A stretch of DNA of 64,000 nucleotides from Terriglobia bacterium (GCA_003175985.1 PSRJ01000194.1:10366-74365); one strand, 5' to 3'; shown: positions 1 to 8,884, counted from the first letter of the stretch. Translations and numbers: made by a program. Notes: generated by a model not told the origin, from the sequence alone.

Positions 1-144
1 ATTGCAGCGGCAGTGGCCATGGCTGGCGGTGGGGCCGCCGCAGGCGTTTTTGCGCTGAGGCCGAAGAACACCGCCGCGCCGGCCGCGGCCCCAGCCCTTA
101 CCCTTACAATCGGCGCTCCGAGCATCACGGTGGGCAAGCCATGA
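1..144 (+). CDS. 3' end of a gene entering from the left edge (hydrophobic helix plus Pro/Ala-rich tail); product unknown
   Basis: Frame 1 is open from nt 1 to TGA 142-144 (...IAAAVAMAGGGAAAGVFALRPKNTAAPAAAPALTLTIGAPSITVGKP*). It is absent from the ORF track because it has no start in the window. Its stop overlaps the ATG at 141 (ATGA), suggesting coupling to the next gene. Confidence 0.35.
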   Translation: MAAAVAMAGGGAAAGVFALRPKNTAAPAAAPALTLTIGAPSITVGKP

Positions 145-1508
145 ACAGCCGGTGGTGTTGTGGGTTGCTGCTGTCGCTGGGACTTGTGGCCCCGGTACGC
201 GCTCAGTTTACCCTCACGGCCGTAGCGGGAAGCGTAGAGCAACCGGTGACGGGCAGATACGATCTGGGTGCGGTTGCTGGTGGCGACCTCGCAACTTCCC
301 GATTCCGGTTGCGCAATGGCAGAAACGATTCTGCAACCCTCACGCTGCTGACGGTTTCCGGATCCGGGTTCAGCCTTGCATCCGCGCCGTCCTTGCCACT
401 CACCCTAAATGCGCAAGGCACAGTCGATTTCTCCATAAACTTCCGCGCCAGCGATCCGGGCAGCTACAGCGCGGTCCTGCAAGCGGATGGAGTTTCCGCG
501 CTGCTCACCATCGCCGTCGCCCCGAGTCTTACGTGTACAGTGGAAACGGCTGCGGGAAAGCTGGTGCTGGGAAGCGCGCTGGTAGAATTCGGCAACGTCG
601 AACTCGGCCAGAGCAGCCTGCTGCACTTCGCGTTGGAGAATCGCACGTCCCAGCCCTTGGCGATTCCCTCTGTCGGGGTTGGCGGCGGGGACTTCTCGTT
701 GAGCGGCTCCTTGCCAGCCGGGCAGTTGTTGCGGGCGGGGGAAGCCAGTGGTTTCGACGTCCGGTTCACGCCTTCCGCAGCGGGTGGCCGCAGCGGCAGC
801 TTGAACGTCAGCACCCGCAACTATGCTTTGACTGGTTCGGGCATTCTTCCATCGCTACCCAAACCGCAGGTGCGGATTGATTTACCGCAAACCTCCAGTG
901 CTCAGCAGGGCTCGATCACTGTCGCTTTGGATGCTCCGGCCCGCAGCCGCGCTACGGGCAGTCTGACGCTGGATTTTCGGCCGGCGGCTGGCGCGGCGGA
1001 CCCAACTATCGCCTTGGCTTCCGGAGGACGCACCGCGACGTTCACAGTGGAACCGGGCGATCTTCTCGGCCGTTTCGGGGGGCAAAGCGCTTCGCTGTTT
1101 CAGACGGGGACCACGGCGGGAACCCTTATCGTTACCGCACGACTGGCCGAAGCCAGCGATCAGCAATCGATCATCATTGCGCCGTCCATCGCCGGTCTGA
1201 GCGCCGCAACGGCCGCCAGAAACGCAGCGGGTATCGAAATCCGGATCACCGGATATGACAACACCCGTACCGCCGGCGGGCTGTCCTTCACATTCTTCGA
1301 TGTCGGCGGGAATCCCGTCACGCCAGGGACGCTCCGGACGGACGCCACGGAGGCTTTCGCCAGATTCTTTCGGGAGTCAGATGTGGGGGGAAGTTTCGTC
1401 TTGCGCGCCCAGTTTCCAGTCAGCGGTGATGCGTCGGCGGTCGCCTCCTTTACGGCGGAAATCACGAATTCCGCCGGGACGGCCACTACGGCGCAAACCA
1501 GGTTTTAG
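141..1508 (+). CDS. secreted protein with repeated Ig-like/ASH-type beta-sandwich modules; function unknown
   Basis: Signal peptide MNSRWCCGLLLSLGLVAPVRA|Q. Several ~100-aa repeats have recurring strand patterns (GTVDFSINFRASDPGSYSA; GEASGFDVRFTPSAAGGRSGS). The domain-family call is from memory only. Confidence 0.75.
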   Translation: MNSRWCCGLLLSLGLVAPVRAQFTLTAVAGSVEQPVTGRYDLGAVAGGDLATSRFRLRNGRNDSATLTLLTVSGSGFSLASAPSLPLTLNAQGTVDFSINFRASDPGSYSAVLQADGVSALLTIAVAPSLTCTVETAAGKLVLGSALVEFGNVELGQSSLLHFALENRTSQPLAIPSVGVGGGDFSLSGSLPAGQLLRAGEASGFDVRFTPSAAGGRSGSLNVSTRNYALTGSGILPSLPKPQVRIDLPQTSSAQQGSITVALDAPARSRATGSLTLDFRPAAGAADPTIALASGGRTATFTVEPGDLLGRFGGQSASLFQTGTTAGTLIVTARLAEASDQQSIIIAPSIAGLSAATAARNAAGIEIRITGYDNTRTAGGLSFTFFDVGGNPVTPGTLRTDATEAFARFFRESDVGGSFVLRAQFPVSGDASAVASFTAEITNSAGTATTAQTRF

Positions 1509-1526
1509 GCGCGCGTTCCGGATGGA

Positions 1527-2201
1527 TCATGCGTTCTGGCGCAGCCAGTCGCGGAAGGCGTCGCGATAGAGGATGATCCCCTTCCGCGAATATCGCAGGT
1601 AACCCTGCCGCCGGAACTGATTCATGTAATGCGTCACGATCTCGCGCGATGTCCCCACGTATTGCGAAAGCAGTTCGTGAGTGAAAGGGACCATGCGGAT
1701 CGATCCATCGTCTTCCGGACTACCCAGGCGTTCGGAAAACCGGATCAGGGAGCGCGCCAGGCGCCGCGCAATGTTGTCGACCGAGAAGCTTTCGATTCGG
1801 TGCGTAAAGTCAATCGTCCGCTGCACCAGAATCTGCAACAAGGCTACTGCCAGGCGCGGCCGTTTCAAAATAATGTCTTCGATTTCGGAAGTGGTCCAAG
1901 TCATCAACTTGGTATTTTCCAAAGCGGTGGCCTGTTCCGACCGGTGCGGAAGATTGAGGAACGCGGATTCGCCGAAAAATTCATCCGGTTGATAGATATC
2001 GACTACCACTTGGTGGCCGTCGTCGGCGAGGCGAGACACCTTCACTTTTCCGTCGATCACAAGGTAAATCGCCGTGGAAGGCTGGTCCTGGTTGTAAATC
2101 ATTTGGCCTTTGCGATACTCCACGATACTGGAGCACGGCAAATGCGCGAGAGGATCTTCCAAGGGTTTCTGCGGCGCAACTGCGATAGGACTGGTTCCCA
2201 T
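1527..2201 (-). CDS. Crp/Fnr family transcriptional regulator
   Basis: cNMP-binding-type barrel (IYLVIDGKVKVSRLADDGHQVVVDIYQPDEFFGESAF) followed by a C-terminal HTH (ELLSQYVGTSREIVTHYMNQFRRQGYL). Typical 224-aa length. Confidence 0.9.
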   Translation of the reverse strand: MGTSPIAVAPQKPLEDPLAHLPCSSIVEYRKGQMIYNQDQPSTAIYLVIDGKVKVSRLADDGHQVVVDIYQPDEFFGESAFLNLPHRSEQATALENTKLMTWTTSEIEDIILKRPRLAVALLQILVQRTIDFTHRIESFSVDNIARRLARSLIRFSERLGSPEDDGSIRMVPFTHELLSQYVGTSREIVTHYMNQFRRQGYLRYSRKGIILYRDAFRDWLRQNA

Positions 2202-2227
2202 ATTCCTCCTCCTTTAAAATGGTTCGT

Positions 2228-2620
2228 TTACTGGGGTGCTCCGGTGGCGCACATATCGCTAACCGTCGTAATCTCTCGTACCTTGAACACAGGCCGAGTC
2301 CCACCAGGGGTGGAACTGCCCCGCACGGTTACTTTGTGACCGACATGTCTGGCAAACATCGCCTCCGTAGGGACGCCGTCTGCATCCAGATCGGCCACCG
2401 CATTCATAGTTCGATCATCCAGCAGTACGTACCGTCCCTCCTGCTCGTCTATACAGCCTGTAAGGGCGGCACTGGTGTTACGTTCAGCCTTGGGGCGGTC
2501 TTTCGGCTGCTTGGACTGTGCGAAAATCTGCGTGGCGCAGGAGACCGTTAGCGAGAAAACCAAGAGCGGAATAATGTGCGTCATCCGTCTCACGTCCGGA
2601 ATCCCGGTGAAGCATTTCAC
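2228..2620 (-). CDS. small secreted protein, unknown function (possibly DUF5818-like; memory only)
   Basis: Hydrophobic signal-like N-terminus (..MTHIIPLLVFSLTVSCATQIFA|Q). An alternative ATG start lies at 2584. The gene sits 26 nt upstream of the Crp/Fnr gene on the same strand. Confidence 0.6.
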   Translation of the reverse strand: MKCFTGIPDVRRMTHIIPLLVFSLTVSCATQIFAQSKQPKDRPKAERNTSAALTGCIDEQEGRYVLLDDRTMNAVADLDADGVPTEAMFARHVGHKVTVRGSSTPGGTRPVFKVREITTVSDMCATGAPQ

Positions 2621-2778
2621 GTGCCAAATGATACGCCCGTTTCAGACGTACTGCAACGCCTTATCTAAACGGTGCATCAACAGGACATAGTGGCGCTTTT
2701 CACGCGTCTCGCGGATGTGCGATTCACCAGTCAAAAACGTCACCATCTGGAAAAAAGTTTATCAGATCCGGGAAGAGA

Positions 2779-5280
2779 ATGCCCGGTCGGGTCCCCGACT
2801 ATCATAAGAGGGTGGCGTTCTATGGGCGGTTGGTGTGGGTGCTGGCACTCTGCGTAACCGCTTACGCGCAGCAGTATTGGCCACCAGCCGGGAACCGTCC
2901 TCCGTCACGAAGAGCGGGCGCCGCAGTGCTACCCGGAGGACGCGTCATCGCTCCGGCCGGTGAGCAGTATGACACCGGCGCGGGGCCGTTCGGGTTAGCT
3001 GTCAGCGGCTCCGGGAGCACCGTCGTTACCGCAAACCTCGGCCCCGGCACACCTTCTCTAACTGTCCTCGAACACCTGAAAAAATGGGAGACGCGGCATC
3101 TTTCCGCCGCGACAGACCAAAAGGACTCGTCCGACACAAGTCTGTGGCGTAGTGTCTCTTTGGGTGTTGCATTCTCGAGCGAGCACGCCGTATTTGTCTC
3201 CGAAGGTACATCAGGCCGCGTGGCTCTTATCGATTTGAGCAGCGGTGAACGCCGGCGTGTATTCGATCTGAACGTCGCCGGCTACCGTAATAGCTTCAGC
3301 GGCGATCTCGTCTGGGATGGAACACAAAACGTGCTCTATGTCGCCGACCAGGCCAATTTTCGAATTGCCGTAATCGATGTGCGCTCGCGCAAAGTCCTGG
3401 CCTCGGCGACGGCCGGCCGTCTGCCCATGGCGATGACGCTTTCTCCGGATCGTCGAAGACTCTATGTTGCCAACGCCGGTATGTTTCGATACCGGCCGCT
3501 CCCGATTCCGTTATCGTTTCCACCTTTTGGCTTTCCCAGTGCAGAGGCGTTGACTGGTACAGAGGCGCCGGCCGGACAGAGTGTCGTGCAGATACCCCCG
3601 ATCGGCGATCCCACTGTGCCGGAATCGAACTCCGTCGCTGTCATTAATGTATCCGACCCATCAGCTCCGAAGCTGGAGACTTTTGTCCGCACGGGCGCCT
3701 CATCCGGCTTGCAAAACGGATTCGGCAGCAGCCCATCCGGCATTATCGCCACTGCAAGTAACGTTTATGTCGCGAATGCTGGCGGTGATTCGGTTACTGT
3801 CATTGACGTGGGGAACAATCACGCGGAACTGGAGATACCCCTCCGCATTCCCGGCATGGAGCAACAGCGCGGTATTCTCCCCATCGGCTTGGCCTACGAT
3901 CCAAAGACAGGATGGCTTCTCGCCGCAGAAGCCGGAATCAATGCCGTTGGTGTGATCGACACCCGCACCGCGCACGTGCTTGGGCATATTCCCGCCGGGT
4001 GGTTCCCCACGCGCCTGGTGGTGGATCGAGGAACTGTCTTCGTTGCCAATCTGCGCGGCAATGGCTCCCGGCCTTCGGCAAGATCCGATTCGAACATCCC
4101 GAGCACGATTTCCAGCACGCCTGAGCCGGGCTCCGTCTCCATTTATCCTCTCCCTTCCGCGGAGCAACTGCCCGGTCTGACAAAACTGGTGATGCAATCG
4201 TGCGGGTTCGAACAACGTCCGCGGGTTGCCCCTCCCCTTCCGCCCATTCGCCACGTGGTTCTCATCGCGAAGGCCGGCCTGTCTTTCGATGAAGTGCTGG
4301 GAGACCTTACGACGGTGGCCAACAGTCCGGTAATGGCGGCGCCGCAACTTGCACACTTCGGCAGTGCGGGTTCCGCGAGCGGGCGTGGCGACATTTTGAG
4401 CCTCCACGGCGTGGATTTAACGCCCAATCACCATGCCATTGCCCGCCGCTGGGCGTTTAGCGACAATTTCTATTCCGACTCCAATATCGGCCTCGGGTAT
4501 CTGTGGCTCGCCGGTGTCTACCCGAACGCCTGGCGAGAGTCTTTGGCGCGTTCCGCTACAAGCGGCGGAGGCTCCAATCCCTCTCTGAGCCCCGAAGATG
4601 TCGGGCAAAGCGGAACTCTGTGGCATCACTTAGTCGCCCATGGCATAACCATTGCGAATTTCGGGAGCGGCACAAACGGTCCATTCCTCACCAATTTGCC
4701 TATGCTGGATCCTCCCTATAATGTTACTTCGCGTACTTATCCAGGACTGAACTCAGATGTCTCCGACACAGGACGCGCGGCACAGTTCATCGATGAGATC
4801 CAGCACCGCTACTTGGAAGGCGGCCTCGACTTACCTGGTTTTGTCTATCTGACTCTGCCCAATGGAAAGCCCGCCGACGCCCGGCGACCTCTGTATCCCT
4901 ACGCAGAGTCTTTTATAGCCGATAACGACGAAGCGCTCGGCCGTATCGTCGAGTACTTATCGCAGACGAAGTGGTGGCAAGAGACCGTCGTATTTGTTAC
5001 TGAAGCGTCCGTACAACGTGGAACAGATCACATTGATGCCACCCGAACACTTCTGTTATTGGCTGGCCCCTGGGTCAAGAGAAGTCATGTCTCACACACA
5101 AACGCCAGTTTTCCCGGGCTAATCAAAACTATTCTCGCGCTGCTTCGCGTGCCGCCGCACACTCTCTTCGATCATGCAGCCGCCGATTTGACAGATTGCT
5201 TCGACAGTACCGCGGACGATACGCCCTACCATGCCTTTGGCGCCGACCGGCGCGTCTACAACCCGGCCGAGCTTCGCTAG
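2779..5280 (+). CDS. secreted YncE/YVTN-type beta-propeller fused to a phosphoesterase (alkaline-phosphatase superfamily) domain
   Basis: Signal-like N-terminus (RLVWVLALCVTAYA|QQ). Propeller repeats (LYVADQANFRIAVIDVRSRKV, RLYVANAG, VYVANAGGDSVTVIDV, VFVANLRG). The C-terminal half resembles the phosphoesterase family (IRHVVLIAKAGLSFDEVLGDL ... VVFVTEASVQRGTDHIDATRT). Confidence 0.85.
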   Translation: MPGRVPDYHKRVAFYGRLVWVLALCVTAYAQQYWPPAGNRPPSRRAGAAVLPGGRVIAPAGEQYDTGAGPFGLAVSGSGSTVVTANLGPGTPSLTVLEHLKKWETRHLSAATDQKDSSDTSLWRSVSLGVAFSSEHAVFVSEGTSGRVALIDLSSGERRRVFDLNVAGYRNSFSGDLVWDGTQNVLYVADQANFRIAVIDVRSRKVLASATAGRLPMAMTLSPDRRRLYVANAGMFRYRPLPIPLSFPPFGFPSAEALTGTEAPAGQSVVQIPPIGDPTVPESNSVAVINVSDPSAPKLETFVRTGASSGLQNGFGSSPSGIIATASNVYVANAGGDSVTVIDVGNNHAELEIPLRIPGMEQQRGILPIGLAYDPKTGWLLAAEAGINAVGVIDTRTAHVLGHIPAGWFPTRLVVDRGTVFVANLRGNGSRPSARSDSNIPSTISSTPEPGSVSIYPLPSAEQLPGLTKLVMQSCGFEQRPRVAPPLPPIRHVVLIAKAGLSFDEVLGDLTTVANSPVMAAPQLAHFGSAGSASGRGDILSLHGVDLTPNHHAIARRWAFSDNFYSDSNIGLGYLWLAGVYPNAWRESLARSATSGGGSNPSLSPEDVGQSGTLWHHLVAHGITIANFGSGTNGPFLTNLPMLDPPYNVTSRTYPGLNSDVSDTGRAAQFIDEIQHRYLEGGLDLPGFVYLTLPNGKPADARRPLYPYAESFIADNDEALGRIVEYLSQTKWWQETVVFVTEASVQRGTDHIDATRTLLLLAGPWVKRSHVSHTNASFPGLIKTILALLRVPPHTLFDHAAADLTDCFDSTADDTPYHAFGADRRVYNPAELR

Positions 5281-5638
5281 TGGAGCCGTCGAGCAACAAC
5301 TCGACGCGACGGTTCTTACCAGTCTCTTCTTTTGGAGTGAGGATACATTTCCTGGTTTTGTGGCGCTCGAATTCGAACAGTATGATCGCATCAGATAGTG
5401 CCTAAGTTCCCGTAATACCACTTACAGCGGTGGTGAGCGATCGCATTGACTCACTAGGGGGCTCACGTTACACTCGACGCAGTGACTTGAGTGGAGGATA
5501 GGGCAACGGCGGGAACCGACCCGAGCGCCGCTCAAAGACCACGCGGGTCTGGCTGACCGATCTCCGCCACGTCGGTAGCAATGCTTACTTTCCCAAAATT
5601 AAGTCCGGAGCGCAGAGCTCCAGTATCGGAGATGACAG

Positions 5639-6358
5639 ATGAGGAAATTCGTACTGTTGTTAACGTGCCCTCTGTTGCTACTAACGACGGCGGCTAGGGC
5701 GGCCCCAGCATGCGTAAACGGCACATTGGCGAGTTATGAATCGCTCGCCAGCGGCTGTGCCATTGACGGCGTAACGTTTTCGATGTTCAGCTTCTCTTCC
5801 AGCGGCTCGCAACAACCGTTGCCCAGCGCGAGCGACGTTCAGGTTCAGGTGATCAACGATCCTTCAGGTCCCGGATTGATGTTTATCGGCCCATTTGGCG
5901 CTGGCGCCGGCCTGTCCCTCGACGCGCTGATTTCGTTCATCATTACCGGCACAGCCATCACAGGAGAAGCGCTGGCGATGGAAGGCTTCGGGCAATCGGG
6001 CGATGGGAGTGTTCAGGTGGCCGAGAGCGTTTGCGAAGGATCTCTATCGCCTGGAGGCAAATGCAGCGGCCCGGTCGGGACCCTGAACGTTTTCGATAAT
6101 GCGGCGGGGGTACAGTCTTTCGACAGTATCACCTTCGCGCCGGTGACGTCGGTTGCGATCACCAAGAACATCATCGTCCAGGGCGGAACCACCGGCACCA
6201 TGAGCAGCGCCGGCGTTTCGGCCGTGATCAACACCGTGCCGGGCGGCGGCGGCGGGCCGGGCGGCGGCAATGTGCCGGAGCCGGATTCTTTGATTACCTT
6301 GGGTTCGGGTCTGGTTATTACGGCTTTGCTGCTGCGCAAGCGGCTGGGCCGGGCTTAA
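5639..6358 (+). CDS. PEP-CTERM sorting-signal protein (exosortase substrate type)
   Basis: SD GGAG lies 7 nt upstream of the ATG. Signal peptide MRKFVLLLTCPLLLLTTAARA|A. The C-terminus has a Gly-rich linker, then VPEPDS, a hydrophobic helix LITLGSGLVITALLL and a basic tail RKRLGRA. Confidence 0.85.
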   Translation: MRKFVLLLTCPLLLLTTAARAAPACVNGTLASYESLASGCAIDGVTFSMFSFSSSGSQQPLPSASDVQVQVINDPSGPGLMFIGPFGAGAGLSLDALISFIITGTAITGEALAMEGFGQSGDGSVQVAESVCEGSLSPGGKCSGPVGTLNVFDNAAGVQSFDSITFAPVTSVAITKNIIVQGGTTGTMSSAGVSAVINTVPGGGGGPGGGNVPEPDSLITLGSGLVITALLLRKRLGRA

Positions 6359-6387
6359 ACCAAGCAGACGGAACTCCTCTTCTTACC

Positions 6388-6424
6388 GCGGACAGCTCTT
6401 CAGGGCTGTCCGCTTTGTTTATTT
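6388..6424 (+). terminator. rho-independent terminator after the PEP-CTERM gene
   Basis: Perfect 9-bp stem GCGGACAGC (6388-6396) / GCTGTCCGC (6405-6413) with an 8-nt loop, followed by TTTGTTTATTT (6414-6424). It lies 30 nt after the stop codon. Confidence 0.65.
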
Positions 6425-6499
6425 GGGCATGACCTGCTCGCATTCGGCCGGCCGTGATATATACTCTTTGACACCGGCAACGGCGGCAACTGACGAGCA

Positions 6500-8155
6500 A
6501 TGCCTGGACCATCCGCAGGGGCCCCTGAGGCGATCTGCCAGCCGCGGGCATCCTCACTTCATGGGCGACCGGCGCTCCTCCTGCCGTTTGCGTTAGCCTT
6601 CGCTCTTGCCGGCCTCGCTTTGCTGCCTCCGGTCTGGCAGAACATGAGCGTTCGGGTGGCTTTTCTGGGCGCCGCGGCGGTTCTGTTCGGGTGGCATGCC
6701 GGGCTATTGGCTTGGGCAGTATGCCGGCGGCAAACGCTCGCCCTGGAAATAGTCCCGAAGAAGCAGCACTACGTGCAAGCCTGCGCCCAGGGAGCCGTCT
6801 TCCTGTATTGGGGTTGGTACTGGCCGGAGGTATACGCTTCGACCCCCTTCTTCCTTGCCCAACTGTTGTTCGCCTATGCCTTCGACATCCTGCTCGGCTG
6901 GACGCGCCGGCGCCGCTATGCGCTCGGCTTCGCTCCGTTTCCCGTGGTCTTCAGCATCAATCTGTTCCTCTGGTTCAAGCCTGGCTGGTTCTACCTCCAG
7001 TTCCTCATGGTGGCTCTGGGGCTGGCTGCCAAGGAACTGATCCGCTGGGAAAAGGAGGGGCGCCGCGTACACATATTCAATCCCTCTTCATTTCCGCTCG
7101 CGGTGTTTTCGGTCATCCTGCTGGCCACTGGCAGATCGGACATCACCTGGGGGCAGGAAATCGCCACCACCCAGTTCTATCCGCCCCACATGTACCTGAT
7201 GCTGTTCCTGATCAGCCTGCCCGGACAACTGCTCTTCGGCGTGACTTCGATGACCATGTCCGCCGTGCTGGCAGCGTACGCCTTCGGGCGCATCTATTTC
7301 GCCGTAACCGGGATCTATTTTTTCTATGATTCGTACATTCCCATTGCTGTCTTCCTGGGGATGCATCTGCTGTTTACCGATCCGTCCACTTCGCCTCGCA
7401 CCGAATCGGGGCGCATCGTGTACGGCGCACTGTACGGCTTGAGCACCGTTCTGTTGTATCAATTGTTGGGAAGCGCGGGGATGCCCACCTTTTACGATAA
7501 GCTTTTGCCCGTTCCTGTATTGAACCTGCTGGTCAAAGCGATCGATCGCGCCGCGCTGGGCCGCTCCCTGGCGCCGATGGGTCGCCGTTTGGTGTACCTG
7601 TGTGTTTGGGCGATTGTGTTTACGGTCATGAACGCAACGCAAGCGGTGGGAGATGATCATCCGGGCCAGTGGCTGCCGTTTTGGCGTCAGGCGTGTCAGA
7701 ACGGGCGCTCTTACGCCTGCCCGTATCTTGCCGACCTGGAATTGGGAGCGTGTGATCGAGGATCCGCGTGGGCATGCAACGAAGCCGGCCTCCTGCACGT
7801 CGCCCTTACGCGCTCGGGTGAAGATCTCCGGCGGCTCGATCCGTCGGGCGCCGCGGTTCCGTTCCGCAAAGGATGCGCGTTGGGCGCCCCGGCCGCCTGT
7901 CGCAATCTGCGCACTCTGGCCGGAGAGGGTGGAACCTTCGCCAGTTTCCCGCCCACTCTCGCGGACTTTCCCATCATCTTACGAGGAAGTAAAGGCGAGA
8001 TCCGCGAACGGGACTCGGCGGCGCTGTACGGCCTTGCCTGCCGGCAAGGCTGGAAGGGCGCCTGCACATTTGTGCGGCAGACCACGGGGCTCCGCCCCCT
8101 ATTTCCCCACCATGTGTTCGGGGTCGAGATTCTTCTCGCAGACGAACTCCAGTAG
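6500..8155 (+). CDS. polytopic membrane protein with an RnfD/NqrB-like core and a C-terminal Cys-rich Sel1-like repeat domain
   Basis: Many hydrophobic segments over the first ~370 aa. FNPSSFPLAVFSVILL and LLFTDPSTSPRTESGRIVYGALYG resemble conserved RnfD/NqrB motifs (memory-based). The C-terminus has four C-x7-C pairs (CQNGRSYAC, CDRGSAWAC, CALGAPAAC, CRQGWKGAC). The last 57 nt overlap the convergent gene 8099-8884. Confidence 0.7.
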   Translation: MPGPSAGAPEAICQPRASSLHGRPALLLPFALAFALAGLALLPPVWQNMSVRVAFLGAAAVLFGWHAGLLAWAVCRRQTLALEIVPKKQHYVQACAQGAVFLYWGWYWPEVYASTPFFLAQLLFAYAFDILLGWTRRRRYALGFAPFPVVFSINLFLWFKPGWFYLQFLMVALGLAAKELIRWEKEGRRVHIFNPSSFPLAVFSVILLATGRSDITWGQEIATTQFYPPHMYLMLFLISLPGQLLFGVTSMTMSAVLAAYAFGRIYFAVTGIYFFYDSYIPIAVFLGMHLLFTDPSTSPRTESGRIVYGALYGLSTVLLYQLLGSAGMPTFYDKLLPVPVLNLLVKAIDRAALGRSLAPMGRRLVYLCVWAIVFTVMNATQAVGDDHPGQWLPFWRQACQNGRSYACPYLADLELGACDRGSAWACNEAGLLHVALTRSGEDLRRLDPSGAAVPFRKGCALGAPAACRNLRTLAGEGGTFASFPPTLADFPIILRGSKGEIRERDSAALYGLACRQGWKGACTFVRQTTGLRPLFPHHVFGVEILLADELQ

Positions 8156-8884
8156 GTCGGTGTCGGGGAGCAGTGTGTAGCGCGTTGTGGGCATCACCCA
8201 GAGCTTGGCATAAGTCTTCGGGTCGTTGATGGTCACGTTGATATCCATATGCCCGAAATCGATGCGGTGAAAGCGCTCGATGACGTGCATTTCGGATGAG
8301 TGCGGGTGGCCTGCGATATCGATATTCCACACCAGGTCGTTGAAGCCGGCAGTGTCCACTACGAATTCGTCGCCTTCCCACTTGCCGACGGAATATCCCA
8401 TCCAGCTCGGGCTGGCAAACTCTTTCGGAAGCTCACGGCCGTCCGTGAAGATCTGCCTCCGCAGCGAATACATTTCGTATAGCATCACCATCTTGCCGGG
8501 GGCGTTGAGAATCTCGAACGGATATGGGAGCATGCTGGCGTAGGGAATGCCTTGCGGCATGCAGCGGGCTTCCGGATTGTCGCGGCCCATGTTGGCGCGC
8601 CGCTCGGCGAACACTTTCTCGGCCGCGGGCAACATCGGCGGGGGTTCTGGCCGCGTACTGTTTTGTGGCGGGCGGCGGCGGCCCGCGGGATTCCATTGGT
8701 CACCTAACCAGATGCCTGCCAGGTCCGGTTTGCCATCGGCGGTTTTAGGCGCCGGGGCACTGAGGTTTGGTTTGCCATCGGCAGTGCGGGGCGTGTCTTT
8801 CCGCGGATAGGTGAACCATTGCGCGGCCGCAGGCGCCGATCCCCAGCACAGCAACGCGACCACTCCCAACACCCGGTTTCTCAT
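8099..8884 (-). CDS. secreted protein of an unnamed conserved family (paralogue A)
   Basis: ATG at 8884 preceded by GAGGAG. Signal peptide MRNRVLGVVALLCWGSAPAAA|Q. Motifs PKTADGKPDLAGIW, GYSVGKWEGDEFVVDTAGF, ERF and INDPKTYAKLW are shared with ORFs at 24073, 31040 and 34129. Confidence 0.8.
   Translation of the reverse strand: MRNRVLGVVALLCWGSAPAAAQWFTYPRKDTPRTADGKPNLSAPAPKTADGKPDLAGIWLGDQWNPAGRRRPPQNSTRPEPPPMLPAAEKVFAERRANMGRDNPEARCMPQGIPYASMLPYPFEILNAPGKMVMLYEMYSLRRQIFTDGRELPKEFASPSWMGYSVGKWEGDEFVVDTAGFNDLVWNIDIAGHPHSSEMHVIERFHRIDFGHMDINVTINDPKTYAKLWVMPTTRYTLLPDTDLLEFVCEKNLDPEHMVGK

Noticed and set aside
5281-5638. 358-nt non-coding region upstream of the PEP-CTERM gene as a riboswitch or sRNA locus
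   Set aside because: I could not match it to any riboswitch consensus I know. The short hairpin right after the upstream stop (CGTCGAG-N6-CTCGACG) lacks a clear U tract. I left it unannotated pending an Rfam scan.
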